From positions 52,514,001 to 52,578,000 of the forward strand of contig NC_058372.1 of the NCBI RefSeq assembly GCF_018350175.1: a stretch of 64,000 nucleotides of DNA, in the 5' to 3' direction. Made by a program: the position numbers and the translations under genes. The notes beneath the pieces were generated by a model, which did not search any database, was not told where the DNA came from, and worked only from the letters and a program-made list of their open reading frames with translations. The number at the start of each line of letters is the position of its first letter. Within the stretch, counting starts at the first letter, position 1. Source of the DNA: Felis catus (lineage: Eukaryota). Shown here in pieces: positions 26,415 to 37,494 of the stretch.

Positions 26415-27262
26415 TGGATAATGCTGTTTTTTAAAATGATTTGGGAAGTATTTCATCCTCTTTTTTATTCTAAAAGAGTATACAAAGAAGTAGTAGTATT
26501 TCTTCCTTAAATTTAAGGAATTAATTTAATTCAATTTAATTAATTTAATTCACTAGTGAAGATATCTGAGCAATTCTTCATTGGAAGATTTAAAAATGTT
26601 CAGCGTGTTTGTCATAGAACTGTTTACTTATTTCTTGGTGAGTTTGGTAGTTTGTGTCTTTCAGTGAACTTTTCTGTTTGTTGGATTTATGTTGAATTTT
26701 TCTTTTTGGGGTTTCCATTTTACCTTTTTTCCATATCTCTCTGCTAAGTTGTTCCTAATATTCTCAAATTGTCCTTTAAATATCTATAGGACTTATAGTA
26801 ATGTCCTTTTGTTCATTCAGATGGTGGTAATTTGTGTCTTCCTCTCTTTGTCTCTCCCTGTCTCTCAGTTTTGCTCTTTATTATTTTTTGTTGCTGTTGT
26901 GTTTGACTTGACTTGAAGTTGCTCTTCATTTTCTGTTTTCTTAAGATAAAGGCTTATATCACTGATTTGATATTTTTTTTTCCTTCCTCCTATAAGCATT
27001 TCATTATATAAATGTCCAAGTGCTATTTTAGTTATATTCACAAATTTTAGTATGCTATGTTTTCATTTTTATTCAATTCAAAATGATTTCTCATTTCCCT
27101 TGTGACTTTCTCTTTGATTCATGGTTTATTTTACAATACCATTGTTGAACTTCCAAATATTTGAGGATTTCCCAGATACCTTTGTTATTTACTTTTAGTT
27201 CAATTCTTAATTAAAATGGTAAGTGCTAAGTATCCCCTGTACAATGTGATACATGCTAGGTG

Positions 27263-27264
<2 letters not shown>

Positions 27265-27297
<33 letters not shown>
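27265..27297 (+). repeat. (CA)n microsatellite
   Basis: Seen directly. Confidence 0.95.
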
Positions 27298-27299
<2 letters not shown>

Positions 27300-30200
27300 G
27301 TTTGAAGGTATAGAGGATAAAATAATGGTGATTCAGAAGGTTCACAGAAGAAATGACAGACTTGGGGCTTTTAGGGTGAATTGGGTCGATTAAAGAGACA
27401 AAATGGATGTTCTAAACAGAGAAAATAGAATCAGGCAGAGCACATTCAAGGAGCAACAAATCCTTTGTTAAACTAGACTGTAGAATGGAGGAGTATTAGG
27501 AGATGATGCTGGGAAGAAAGCAGATGTTATAAAAAGGAGGAAGGCTGAATTTATGTATCTTTCTAAAGGGATTAAGCCTCAAACTGTTACTACAAGGGGC
27601 TATTAATGCATTTTAAACAGAGAAATGCAGAATCGGCTTTTCAAAGGGTATCCCTGGCAGGAATGCAAAAGACAGGATGGAGGGGTGGGAAAGATTCAGG
27701 CCAGGGATATCAAATAATTTGAGAGAGAGGTGATGTATGCCTAAACTAACACACTGGTGCTGAGGACTATGGAAGAAGACATAAGTAAGGTATATTTATG
27801 AATCACAATCAATAGGAATTGGTGGCAGTTGGATATGAGGAGAATGAAATGTATAAAGCATGGCTTGGGACAGGGTACTGAGATACACTGAGATAGGAAA
27901 GAAAGAATAAAGCACAGGATTAGGGGTAGAAGTGATGAATTATATTTTGGAGACATTGCATCTGTGGAATGCTTTGGAACATTCACATTAGGAATGTTGG
28001 CATTTTGTTTGAAGTTTTGCAAGATACAAATAATTTTTAAAAAGAAATGAAGGAATGTACATCATCTAGCTTGCATTTGGAAACATGGATCTTGTACTGA
28101 AGAGAGTAATATAAAATAGACATACAGATTTTGGAGTTAAAGGTTTATAAGAAATAGATAAAACCGTGAAGGAAGATAAGATTGGTCAGGAAAGGCTATA
28201 AGGTGAGAATATTATAAAGATTTTGATAATAAAATTCATGATATAGTTAAAGTAACCAAAAAGAAGATTTCAAAGATAGGAAAAGAAACATCAGAAAGAG
28301 TTGTTGAAATCAATGAAAGAGACACAGGGAAAATAGTCAACAATTATAAATGCTGAGAAGTCATCAACTAGGACAGCCTGAAATGACATTAGTTAGCTAA
28401 TTAATACATCTATACTAGTTTTAGATTGAAGTGGGATGAAATAAAAGCATATTGGAATACTAAAAATGTTTATTGACTTTTGTTTCACAATGGTAAGACA
28501 ACTTAATTTATATCTCTTTAGCCACTTTTAATCATACCAAGTTCTGGCAAAATGTAGTGACCAGTCAACAGGTACATATAAATTTAGAGCAGATAAATTG
28601 AAATCAGTTCATATATTTAAACCCTTTTTTTCCCCATAGACACTTACTAAAGACTACTATGCAATAATTTTGATAACCAGGAATATAAAAACCCTATAGA
28701 GAAGACTTAAATGATCTCACAAATAAACTTCATGATGGACATGACCTAGTTGTTATGTATACAGGGAACATTAGTTTATTGCTTATAATTTAGCTTAGTG
28801 TGGGAAGGAAATAACTGAAATCTTAATATCCATCCTATCTCAACTATAACACCTTCCACAAACTTTTTGGTCATCNNNNNNNNNNNNNNNNNNNNNNNNN
28901 NNNNNNNNNNNNNNNNNNNNNNNNNNNNNNNNNNNNNNNNNNNNNNNNNNNNNNNNNNNNNNNNNNNNNNNNNNNNNNNNNNNNNNNNNNNNNNNNNNNN
29001 NNNNNNNNNNNNNNNNNNNNNNNNNNNNNNNNNNNNNNCTTTCCCTACCTTCCCTCTTTGGATTCTCAAAACATTCCCAAACATATATAGGTGTGTACTG
29101 TTCCATTCTTCCTTAATATACTGTAAACTTCTTGAACAAATCAGCTTTGGCATTTCTTTTTTTCTTTTTTACTTACTATGATAAAGCACCCAGCACAGTA
29201 CCTGATACTTAGCAAATAACCAATAATATCATAAGGATTTCAAATTTTTAAACATATTTTTGAGCACCTAAATCATGGATCTATTCATAAAGTTTTTATT
29301 ATTCAGTTAACATGTGTAGATATAAATGCTGGAGGATGGATATAAAGATGAATGAAACAGTCTCTGCTCTTGATTAGCTGAAAATATAGTAGAGCAAAAT
29401 TGACATTTAGCCAAGTCATTTAATTTAGTCCAGCTGATTAAATATATAGATAGAAAGATAGATATTTAGATAGGTTGATTGATGACATTTAGACAGGATT
29501 ACAGATTACTTCAAGGTATATAATTATCAATGTAATAGAACTAATTATATGAGAACAGCATTAATTCACATCCATCCTATTCATGCAACCCAGCATATGC
29601 TAGCCAAAAGTAATAGAAAAGAAGACCTCTGTTCTAGTAAAGGAGTCTGATTTATATAATTATAAAATCCATTGTGAGCTGTTATTTGAGAAATGTGCAA
29701 AATGCTAGAGTAGTGTATTTTTTAAAACACACGCAGTACAGAGGCTGGCTCCAAATAGTGCTTATAAGGATGCCCTAGCAGGTTTTAAGTAAACATGTTC
29801 ATATCATGAAATTGGTTATATTACCTTTATCTTGCATAAATATGATGCATTTGTAGAAACTAAGGCTGTGAGGTCTTATACCTTTTATAAGGTATAAGAA
29901 AATTAATTTAATGAACCAAAATTTAACAATATTTTAGTTTTAGACCAAAATGCCACAGGGAAAAAGGTTACTTTGGGAAGAATTGTAGGGTGAAGGATTT
30001 TTTTTGTTTTTTATTGTAGAGACCTACTTGAAGTGCCTTAGAGGAAGATAAGACTTTTTAGAAATAGTATACTTCTGAAAGCCTGTGTTAAGCTGACTTG
30101 GAGTCTCCTATTGAAGTTGTTTTTCTTATCTTTTTTGTGTAAAGTTCATATAATTATGACTTCATTTGAACTGTCCAGTAAAACATGTATGCTCAGTGAG

Positions 30201-30493
30201 GCATATAACCCCCAAGGGCTGAAAAGGCTTGTTAAGGGAAACATAAAAATATTTTTAGAAGACAGAGAAACACTGAGTGTATTTCTAGGAGAAGATGGAA
30301 ATCCATAAAAATTTATGCAAGGGAAATAATGTGTTGCCTTATAAGTATTAAGTTACACACAATTTCTACCAGTCGTCATCAAAATGTAATGAAAAACAAA
30401 AATAAATGATGAAGACAAAATGTCATTAAAAGAGATTGAGCATTACCATTATGTGGTTACATAAACTATAATCAGTGTTTTTATTTCAAAATT

Positions 30494-30700
30494 TTAAAAA
30501 ATTTTTTTCAGTTTATTTATTTTGAGAGTGAGATAGTGTGAACAGGGGAGGGGCAGAAAGAGAGGGGGAGAGAGAGAGAGCAGGCTCTGTACTCTCAGCC
30601 CAGAGCCCAACGCAGCACTGGAACCCATGAACCATGAGATCATGACCTGAGCCAAAATTAAGATTTGGATGCTTAACCAACTGAGCCACCCAGGCACCCC
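30494..30700 (-). mobile_element. CAN-SINE
   Basis: Full body. TSD ttatttca. Confidence 0.9.
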
Positions 30701-30816
30701 TTATTTCAGTTTTTAAAAACTTGGGTTCATTTGTAATAGCTCTCTTGAAAATTTTAATGGTTTGTAAAAGACAATAGATACAAGAATATTTATAAAAGAT
30801 AAGTCTATATGCTATA

Positions 30817-31020
30817 TTTGTTTATTCATTTATTTTATTTATTTTGAGAGAGAGTGTGCACTCGGACATGCACAAGTGGGAAGGGGCAGAGAGAGCAGGA
30901 GAGTGAGAGTCCCAAGCAGGCTCCCCACTGTCAGCTTAGAGCCCAAGGTGGGGCTCCATCTCATGAACCCCATGAGATCAAATCTGAATCCGATGCCTAA
31001 CCAATGGAGCCACCCAGGCC
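30817..31020 (-). mobile_element. CAN-SINE ending about 70 nt upstream of the extra exon's acceptor
   Basis: tttatttt tail, gagtcccaagcaggctccccactgtcagc...gagccacccaggcc. Confidence 0.88.
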
Positions 31021-31089
31021 AGTTAGTAAGATTAAATTATTTAATTTTTGGTCTCAATCTTTTTTTTTTTTTTTTTTTTAACTTTATAG

Positions 31090-31500
31090 AAGAATCAGCA
31101 CTGTCTTTACATTTGGCTTCACAGTCGAATATCACACAGTGGTTCCATCAGAAAAACACATCATTAATGGTTAGAAAAAAGATTGACTGTGTCACAGCAG
31201 TACATATGTGCCAGGAGTCGGAACATTGCACTCTGTTGTATGAAAATTTTAAGAAAACCTGTGGGAGAGAATCAGAACAATGCAAGACCCTTGATGGAGG
31301 CTACACGTGTGCAGCATTAAGAGAAAGTCTGAAAGAAACGATCTTGTGGAATTGTCATTGCAACAACCCTTCAAAAGTAGAGTGTATTGAAATTTGGAAA
31401 AGTTTGTTTGAAGATATTTGTATACAAGATGTTCACATGAATCAAGTTCCAGCCTACAGTGATGACTATGAAGAGGGATTCAGCCAGGAAATTGTTTCAG
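31090..31500 (+). CDS. GFRAL: Candidate additional GFRAL exon encoding an extra GFRalpha/GAS1 cysteine-rich domain (absent from the canonical human/mouse protein)
   Basis: T21-like tract and tttatag| acceptor at 31089. 411 nt open, phase 1-1, TTTCAG|gttggt donor. Encodes (E)ESALSLHLASQSNITQWFHQKNTSLMVRKKIDCVTAVHMCQESEHCTLLYENFKKTCGRESEQCKTLDGGYTCAALRESLKETILWNCHCNNPSKVECIEIWKSLFEDICIQDVHMNQVPAYSDDYEEGFSQEIVS, with 10 Cys in GFRalpha spacing. Transcription is inferred, not shown. Confidence 0.8.
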
Positions 31501-31705
31501 GTTGGTACACACAAGAAGAATTTAGGAACATTAAGTATGTAATCACGAATATGAATTAGGTAAAGAATATTTAATTTCTAATTCCAACTTTGTCATTTAT
31601 GCCTGTTTCTCTTTGACAATTAATTTTTTTTTAAAAAATGATGCCATGAATATGTCCAAAGGGATTATGAGGAAAGAGGCAAATGCTAAAAGGTTTTAGC
31701 ATCAT

Positions 31706-31741
31706 CTTTTTTTAAAGTTTGTCTGTTTATTTACAGTGAGT

Positions 31742-31778
<37 letters not shown>

Positions 31779-31914
31779 GCAGAGAGAGAATTCCAAGTAG
31801 GCTCCATAGTCAGTGCAGAGCCTGGCACTGGGCCGAATCCTACCAACCATGAGATTGAACCTGAGCTGAAATCATTAGTTGGTTGCTTAACCAACTGAGC
31901 CACCCAGGTGCCCC
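31706..31914 (-). mobile_element. CAN-SINE
   Basis: GA/GACA tract and a body ending gagccacccaggtgcccc. Confidence 0.9.
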
Positions 31915-31929
31915 AACAAAATGTTAATT

Positions 31930-33720
31930 GTATTCATCCATCCATTCATTTATGCATGCATTACACATTCATTAAACAAATACGAGATATTTATAATGTG
32001 CTATGTCCTGTGCAGCAGGATTAAAAAAAAAAAAAGCAATAACAAAACAAAACACTTGTCCTTCATTCAAGGAGCTTATTATTTTTCAGGGGATTTGAAA
32101 AATAAATAGACAAAATGTGGTAAGTAATATTATGTATTTATTTAACAGATATTTCTTTTGTGTTCCTACTATGCCTAGGCCTGGGGCTAAGACCTGGGGG
32201 GAAAGTAGTAAACAAAACAAACGGAAATCATCCCTTTCTTGAAGTTTACATTCTATATTGAGGGGTGTCTTGAATAGGCTTCCCAAGCAAAAGACTGAAA
32301 CAGAGGTTTGCACACAAAAGATGTGTGTGGCCTGAGGGCTTGGAAACAAAAGCAACAAGGAACTGAGGAAAACAGGGTCAGAGGGAGGGAACAGCTGAAA
32401 CTCATACAGCAGCCACAGCAAACTTAACTTTATTCCATAGGAAGGTTGGACCTGGAATGGCTTTTCAGAGATGTCACCTATTGAGGCAAGGGATCAGATC
32501 CTCGAACACTTCCTGTGGGCTAGTCCTGAGATATGAGCTGTCCTCTGGGAAAATGTGTAACCTTGGCTGCGCTTTCTTCACATGAGGGCAATGCCTACAA
32601 AATAACCAGTGTGAGTCATCACGCAACTATACTTTCAGCAGCTGGGAAAATGAGAACCTGTGTCACCAAAAAGGGGTATCTTAGTATTTTTCATATTTCA
32701 AACAGTATGAATGCTAAGAGAAAATGAATCAGAGGGAAAAAAGAGGTCTGAGTGGGTAGTTTGTAATTTTAAGAGGATGGCCAGACAGTTACACCCTTAA
32801 ATGAATTTTGAGCAAAGACGAAAAGAGGTAGGAAATGAGCCTTGTGGATATTTCAGGGAAGAGCAATTAGGTCAGAAGAAAAGGGGAATCAAAAGTCCTG
32901 AACTGGAAATCTGTCTGGAAGTTTGAGGAAGAGCTAAGGAGACACATAGGTAAAGGAGAGAATAAGGGAGAGAGATGTGGAAGATGATATCAGAAATAAG
33001 ACAGGGGCAAGATCATGGAAGGCTTTCTAGGTCATTTCTAGGTCACTGGTTCTTTCTCTGAGTGATACAGTAAATCACTGAAGAATTTTCACAAAGGGAT
33101 CGTCATGATCTGATTTATACCTTTAAAAGGATAATTCTGGTTTTTATGTTGATCATTGACTGAAGAGAAGCAAAGACTCAAGTAGGAAGACGAGTTAGGA
33201 GGCTTGTATAATGATGCAGCAAGAAAAAAATGATGGACAATGGACCACTGTGGGAAGTTGTCAGATTCCAGATATATTTTGATATTAGTAAATTATGTGG
33301 AAATGCAAGAAAGAAGGGAAATGGAAGTTGATCCCAAGGTTTTTATCTTGAGTTATTAGAAGGATGTTGTTGCCATTATTTTTGCTAACCACTATGGGAA
33401 CAACTACAGGAAGAAGAGGTTTCAGTGAGGGACAGAGAAGTCAGATGTCAGTTTTGGACAGGTTGAGTCTGAAATGTTTATTAAGTAACCAAGTAAATAC
33501 ATCAAATTAGGCAGCCCCTTGTATGGAATTGATGTCTAAATTCTATGTATGGCATAAAAAGGTGAGATCTGTACAATAGGTATAAACCAGGGATGGGGTG
33601 CATCATTCACTTGTAGCTGATAAATAAGACCATGGACCTAGAGGTCAACAGAGAAATTCATGCTAACTTGGACTAGGGTGGTAGCAACGTGAGAAGATAG
33701 CAGATTCTGGATATATTTTG
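31930..33720 (-). mobile_element. LINE-2 fossils (antisense), with a probable intervening LTR-like segment near 32260-32680
   Basis: cattcattaaacaaata...ttataatgtgctatgt (reverse L2 end) and purine-rich L2 body motifs (gattctggatatattttg). Confidence 0.6.
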
Positions 33721-34084
33721 ATGAATGATTTGATGAATGATATTTTGATGAATGATTAGTGGATGAATAAAAAAGAACATGTGTATTTTTTTTTTGATGT
33801 ATATGATCTTCTCTTCCAGAGATTGATCTGATTGGTACATTCTTTGATTTATTGCTGTGACATATTGTCCTTTAGCTCCTCTTCAGCAATTAAGCTACTG
33901 TTTAAAATATCCTCCGGGAAAAATGTATATTCATATATGTACCATATGAAATTAGGATTTAATGTGCCCAGAATTTACCTAGATTACTCATAGCAGATAA
34001 AACAGTACACATCCACGATGGGATTTATTTTCCCATGCTAAAATAAATATTTTGTTGTGTTTCTAATAATTACCCACTTAGTGA

Positions 34085-34438
34085 GTATATGAGTCTGCTG
34101 GGGCCACCATAACAAAATATGACAGCCTGGGTTTCTGTTGAAACTTATTTTCTCACAGTTCTGGAGGCTGGAACTTCCAGATCACAGTCTAGCAGGGCTG
34201 GTTTGGGTGAGAGTTCTTTTCCTGGCTTCTGGACTTCGTGGTTTCTTTCTGTATCCTGACGTGAGATTTCCTTAGTGTCTCTTTTTACTTGGATGATAAT
34301 CCTATCAGATGGGCCCCACTCTTATGACCTTGGCTAACCTGAATTACTTTGAGAGACCCCATATTCAAATAAGCCACATAGGGGGTTAGGGCTTCAACAC
34401 GTACATTTTGGAGGAACATAAACGTTCAGTCCATAAAA
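34085..34438 (-). mobile_element. MLT1B/C-like MaLR LTR
   Basis: ccataacaaaat...tctcacagttctggaggctgg...gggggttagggcttcaac...cagtccataa. Confidence 0.8.
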
Positions 34439-34805
34439 GTGAGTAAATTCAGGACTTATTTATGTTTCAATGACAGACTCTTGAATATGTGGTATGTAAT
34501 CAGTGGCATCTCCATACCAATCAGTGCCAAAGCAGAGATGGAAGTCTAGCCTAGACTTTTATATCTGTTGCAAAAGCTGTATGACTCTCTGAGGTTCACT
34601 TATTGGGATCTTGCTCAATCTGGAATAATAGAGCAGAAGAGGGAACATTCCAGGCTTCCTCAGTGACACAGGAGGGTGGATCTAGAAGCACTGTGATTCG
34701 TGAGCTGAGATTTTCTTGGTATAAAAAGGAGAAAGCACATATAATGAGAACAGATGGAACAATACAAGGAGCCTGGAAAGACTGCAACACAGTAACAGAA
34801 GTCAT

Positions 34806-35008
34806 TATTTTTTTTAAGTTTATTTATTTTGAGAGAGAGGGGGAGCAGGGGAAGGGAAGAGAGAAAGGGAGAGAGAAAGAATCCCAAGCAGGCTCTGCAC
34901 TGACAGTGTGGAACCCCACACAGGGCTCAGACCCACAAACCGTGAGATCATGACCTGAACTGAAATCAAGAGTCGGTCACCAAACTGAATGAGCTACCCA
35001 GGTGCTTC
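34806..35008 (-). mobile_element. CAN-SINE
   Basis: Full body. Confidence 0.9.
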
Positions 35009-35705
35009 TGAACTTTTATTTTAAAATGCAAATCTGACCATACTATTCCCTTATCGCTTTATGCATATGTATATTAGTGCTCCTTATGTTTTGTTTGGAT
35101 TTTTTTTTATATGTCTATATTCCATAGCAAGCTGTGAATGCTTCATGATAGGGAGTACACATTGGTGTCTTCAGTATAGTACCTGGTACATAGTAGGGAC
35201 TCAACCAATGCTTCTTGAAATAGTTTAGAAGTAGCTGGCCACTGAGTTGACTTCTAGCAATGCGCTTCTCTAACTCTATGATTATAATTCCTAGGAACTC
35301 TAAGAGATTAAGATAATCAGAGGTGGAAATCATTTTTAAATTGCATTTCAATTTAATTAAGACCCTGCTGGGAAGAATTTTTTTGATTCAGACAATATTC
35401 CTTCTGTTCTTTTCCCCCAGATTCTTTGTTTACTTCAGTGCACATGGCCTGGTCGTTAGCATTTGTTTAAATCTTCAAGTAACTGAATCCTCACAGAAGG
35501 CTGTTTAACTCACTTGAATGAAACTTTGGGGGTTGATTTTTCTTCCTCTACACCTACTAATTTTGAGTATCAAGTCTTAAATAAGTGTTCCATTGGCTTG
35601 TACTTATTTTTGCTTGATTATTCATTTATAAACCTAGCCTGCATACTTCTATTACATTTAAAAAAATCATTCACTAATGAAATGGTCTCTTTGTTTTCCT
35701 TCTAG

Positions 35706-35762
35706 ATAACATGAAAGAGGATAATCAATCCAAGTGGAATCTGACCACTCTTCCCTATAATG
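35706..35762 (+). CDS. GFRAL: GFRAL exon 4 (D1-D2 hinge)
   Basis: tttttccttctag| acceptor. Encodes (D)NMKEDNQSKWNLTTLPYN, similar to human DNVKEDKFKWNLTTRSHH. AATG|gtaatg donor; 57 nt, phase 1-1. Missed by the ORF track because it is short. Confidence 0.93.
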
Positions 35763-36612
35763 GTAATGTTTACATATTGTACTTTCCATCTGTATTGCAA
35801 ATACTAGACAATATGATTTTAAGCATGGCTGCCAGCTTTCTTAAAGATATGCCAATACAAAATAAATTGTGTGGCTTTTTACTAGTCTAATATTGCAAAA
35901 TGCAACAACATTTATGTTTGTTTCGCTCATGTGTCAAAGCAACTTGCCTCCCCATCCATCCTCTATTTACAGTTATGCTGAGGAATACTTTACAGTTAAA
36001 ACTAAAAACTAGATCTGGGTTAAATTTCACTGGTATTTTGATCACATAAATTGTTTGAGGCTAACTGTTTTTGTGTGTATGTGTCTGGTGGCAGGGGGCA
36101 CTCACATGTATCTGTGTTTTCCAGAACTTGAACATCTTTCTTTGCTAGAATAACTATGTATCCAGTCAGTACCTTTAGTCAATATTTTCACCCAAAATAA
36201 AAAGCACAACAGAACAAACAAAAATCATTTTGATTTGAGCCCATGAACTCACCATAAGCTATGTACCTCACATGCAATTTCTGAAGATTTATTGTTTACA
36301 TTTGAGAAACTTGGACTCAATTTTTTTTTTCCACTCTGTTCTGGCTCTACACACTTCCCATCACTTCTGGATCACAATATGTATCCATTATAAATGAAGG
36401 ATGATTCAAATAGCCCACTACTCAGGCCTCAGTGAATTCATACCAACTCTTAAAAACAAAACAAAACAAAACCACACACATACTGTGTGCCCAAAGTAGC
36501 ACATTGTTACACCGTTGTGTGTTGCTCATAGACTTCTTACAGTGTTTTGCAGGTTCTGTAGGTACAGGTTTATGTTTACTTTTCCACGACCTGGACATAT
36601 CCTTGCTTTCAG

Positions 36613-36943
36613 GAATTAAAGGGATCCAGTCCTGTTTGGAAGTGGCAGAGGCGTGCGTAGGGGATGTGGTCTGTAACGCACAGTTGGCCCCTTACCTTAA
36701 AGCTTGCTCAGCAAATGGAAATCTATGTGATGTNNNNNNNNNNNNNNNNNNNNNNNNNNNNNNNNNNNNNNNNNNNNNNNNNNNNNNNNNNNNNNNNNNN
36801 NNNNNNNNNNNNNNNNNNNNNNNNNNNNNNNNNNNNNNNNNNNNNNNNNNNNNNNNNNNNNNNNNNNNNNNNNCCGTGAACATAGTTCCACCCCCTACTT
36901 GCCTCAATGTAATTCACAGCTGCCGAAATGATGAATTATGCAG
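36613..36943 (+). CDS. GFRAL: GFRAL exon 5 (D2, GDF15-binding domain, and start of D3); 140 N at 36734-36873
   Basis: ctttcag| acceptor. Encodes (G)IKGIQSCLEVAEACVGDVVCNAQLAPYLKACSANGNLCD...VNIVPPPTCLNVIHSCRNDELC(R). CAG|gtgagt donor; 331 nt, with frame kept across the gap. Confidence 0.96.
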
Positions 36944-37494
36944 GTGAGTAAAAACACGCATACCTTACTTTCTTATTTCGGCACCTTATTTGTTACAGTC
37001 CAGTCCTAACACTTGATCTCATTACATTAGCTACAGTTCCCACCGTCATCCAACATGATGTAAACAAAGCCAGACAATTCATATTTTTGAATCTGTGGTA
37101 CATGTGTAGCTTCCATTTTGAAATTCACATGCAGAGTATATTTTCAGAATAAGCAAATTCAGTATGTCAAGATTTGGTAGCCATGAAATAGCATTATTAA
37201 AATTAGACATTCAAGTTAGACTAATGAATAAATAAACAGACTTACATGTCAGTTTAATTTGGTTTTTGCTATGATTACAAAAGGCTGCTAAATGTCAGAG
37301 AGTTTTGACAAGGTGACTCTTCAAACTTACAAAATTAGTCTTCCTCTCCTAGGCTGGAGATCAGGAAGGAGAAGTTAGCTTGAGCCTAGCCTGGACATCC
37401 CCAGCACATATGTACACCATGAGGTCAGAAATGTACCCATTCTCCTCTTCCCAACCTCACACCCTTGATTTCCAAGGGAGTAATGTTAGTCACT

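Larger units (their letters stand above)
23790..27210 (-). mobile_element. Old LINE-1 (L1M) fragments, antisense
   Basis: Reverse L1 motifs: ataaagctgctataaatattca, cattgtggttttaatttgca, gggagtggccatccttgcc, tttattcaattcaaaatgatttc. Confidence 0.75.

Noticed and set aside
30876-31089. N-terminal part of the 227-aa ORF 30876..31559 as a standalone gene
   Set aside because: The start and first 70 or so codons come from an antisense SINE and the polyT acceptor tract. Only 31090-31500 has exon features.
20325-31500. Exon 2, exon 3 and the extra exon all end in TCA G, suggesting recent exon duplication
   Set aside because: The similarity covers only a few bases, partly explained by the CAG donor consensus. 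No wider nucleotide similarity is visible.
33709-33760. Short tandem repeats (tttgatgaatgat x3; similar small duplications near 26519-26552 and 50484-50520)
   Set aside because: Ordinary slippage duplications with no spacer structure; not CRISPR-like.
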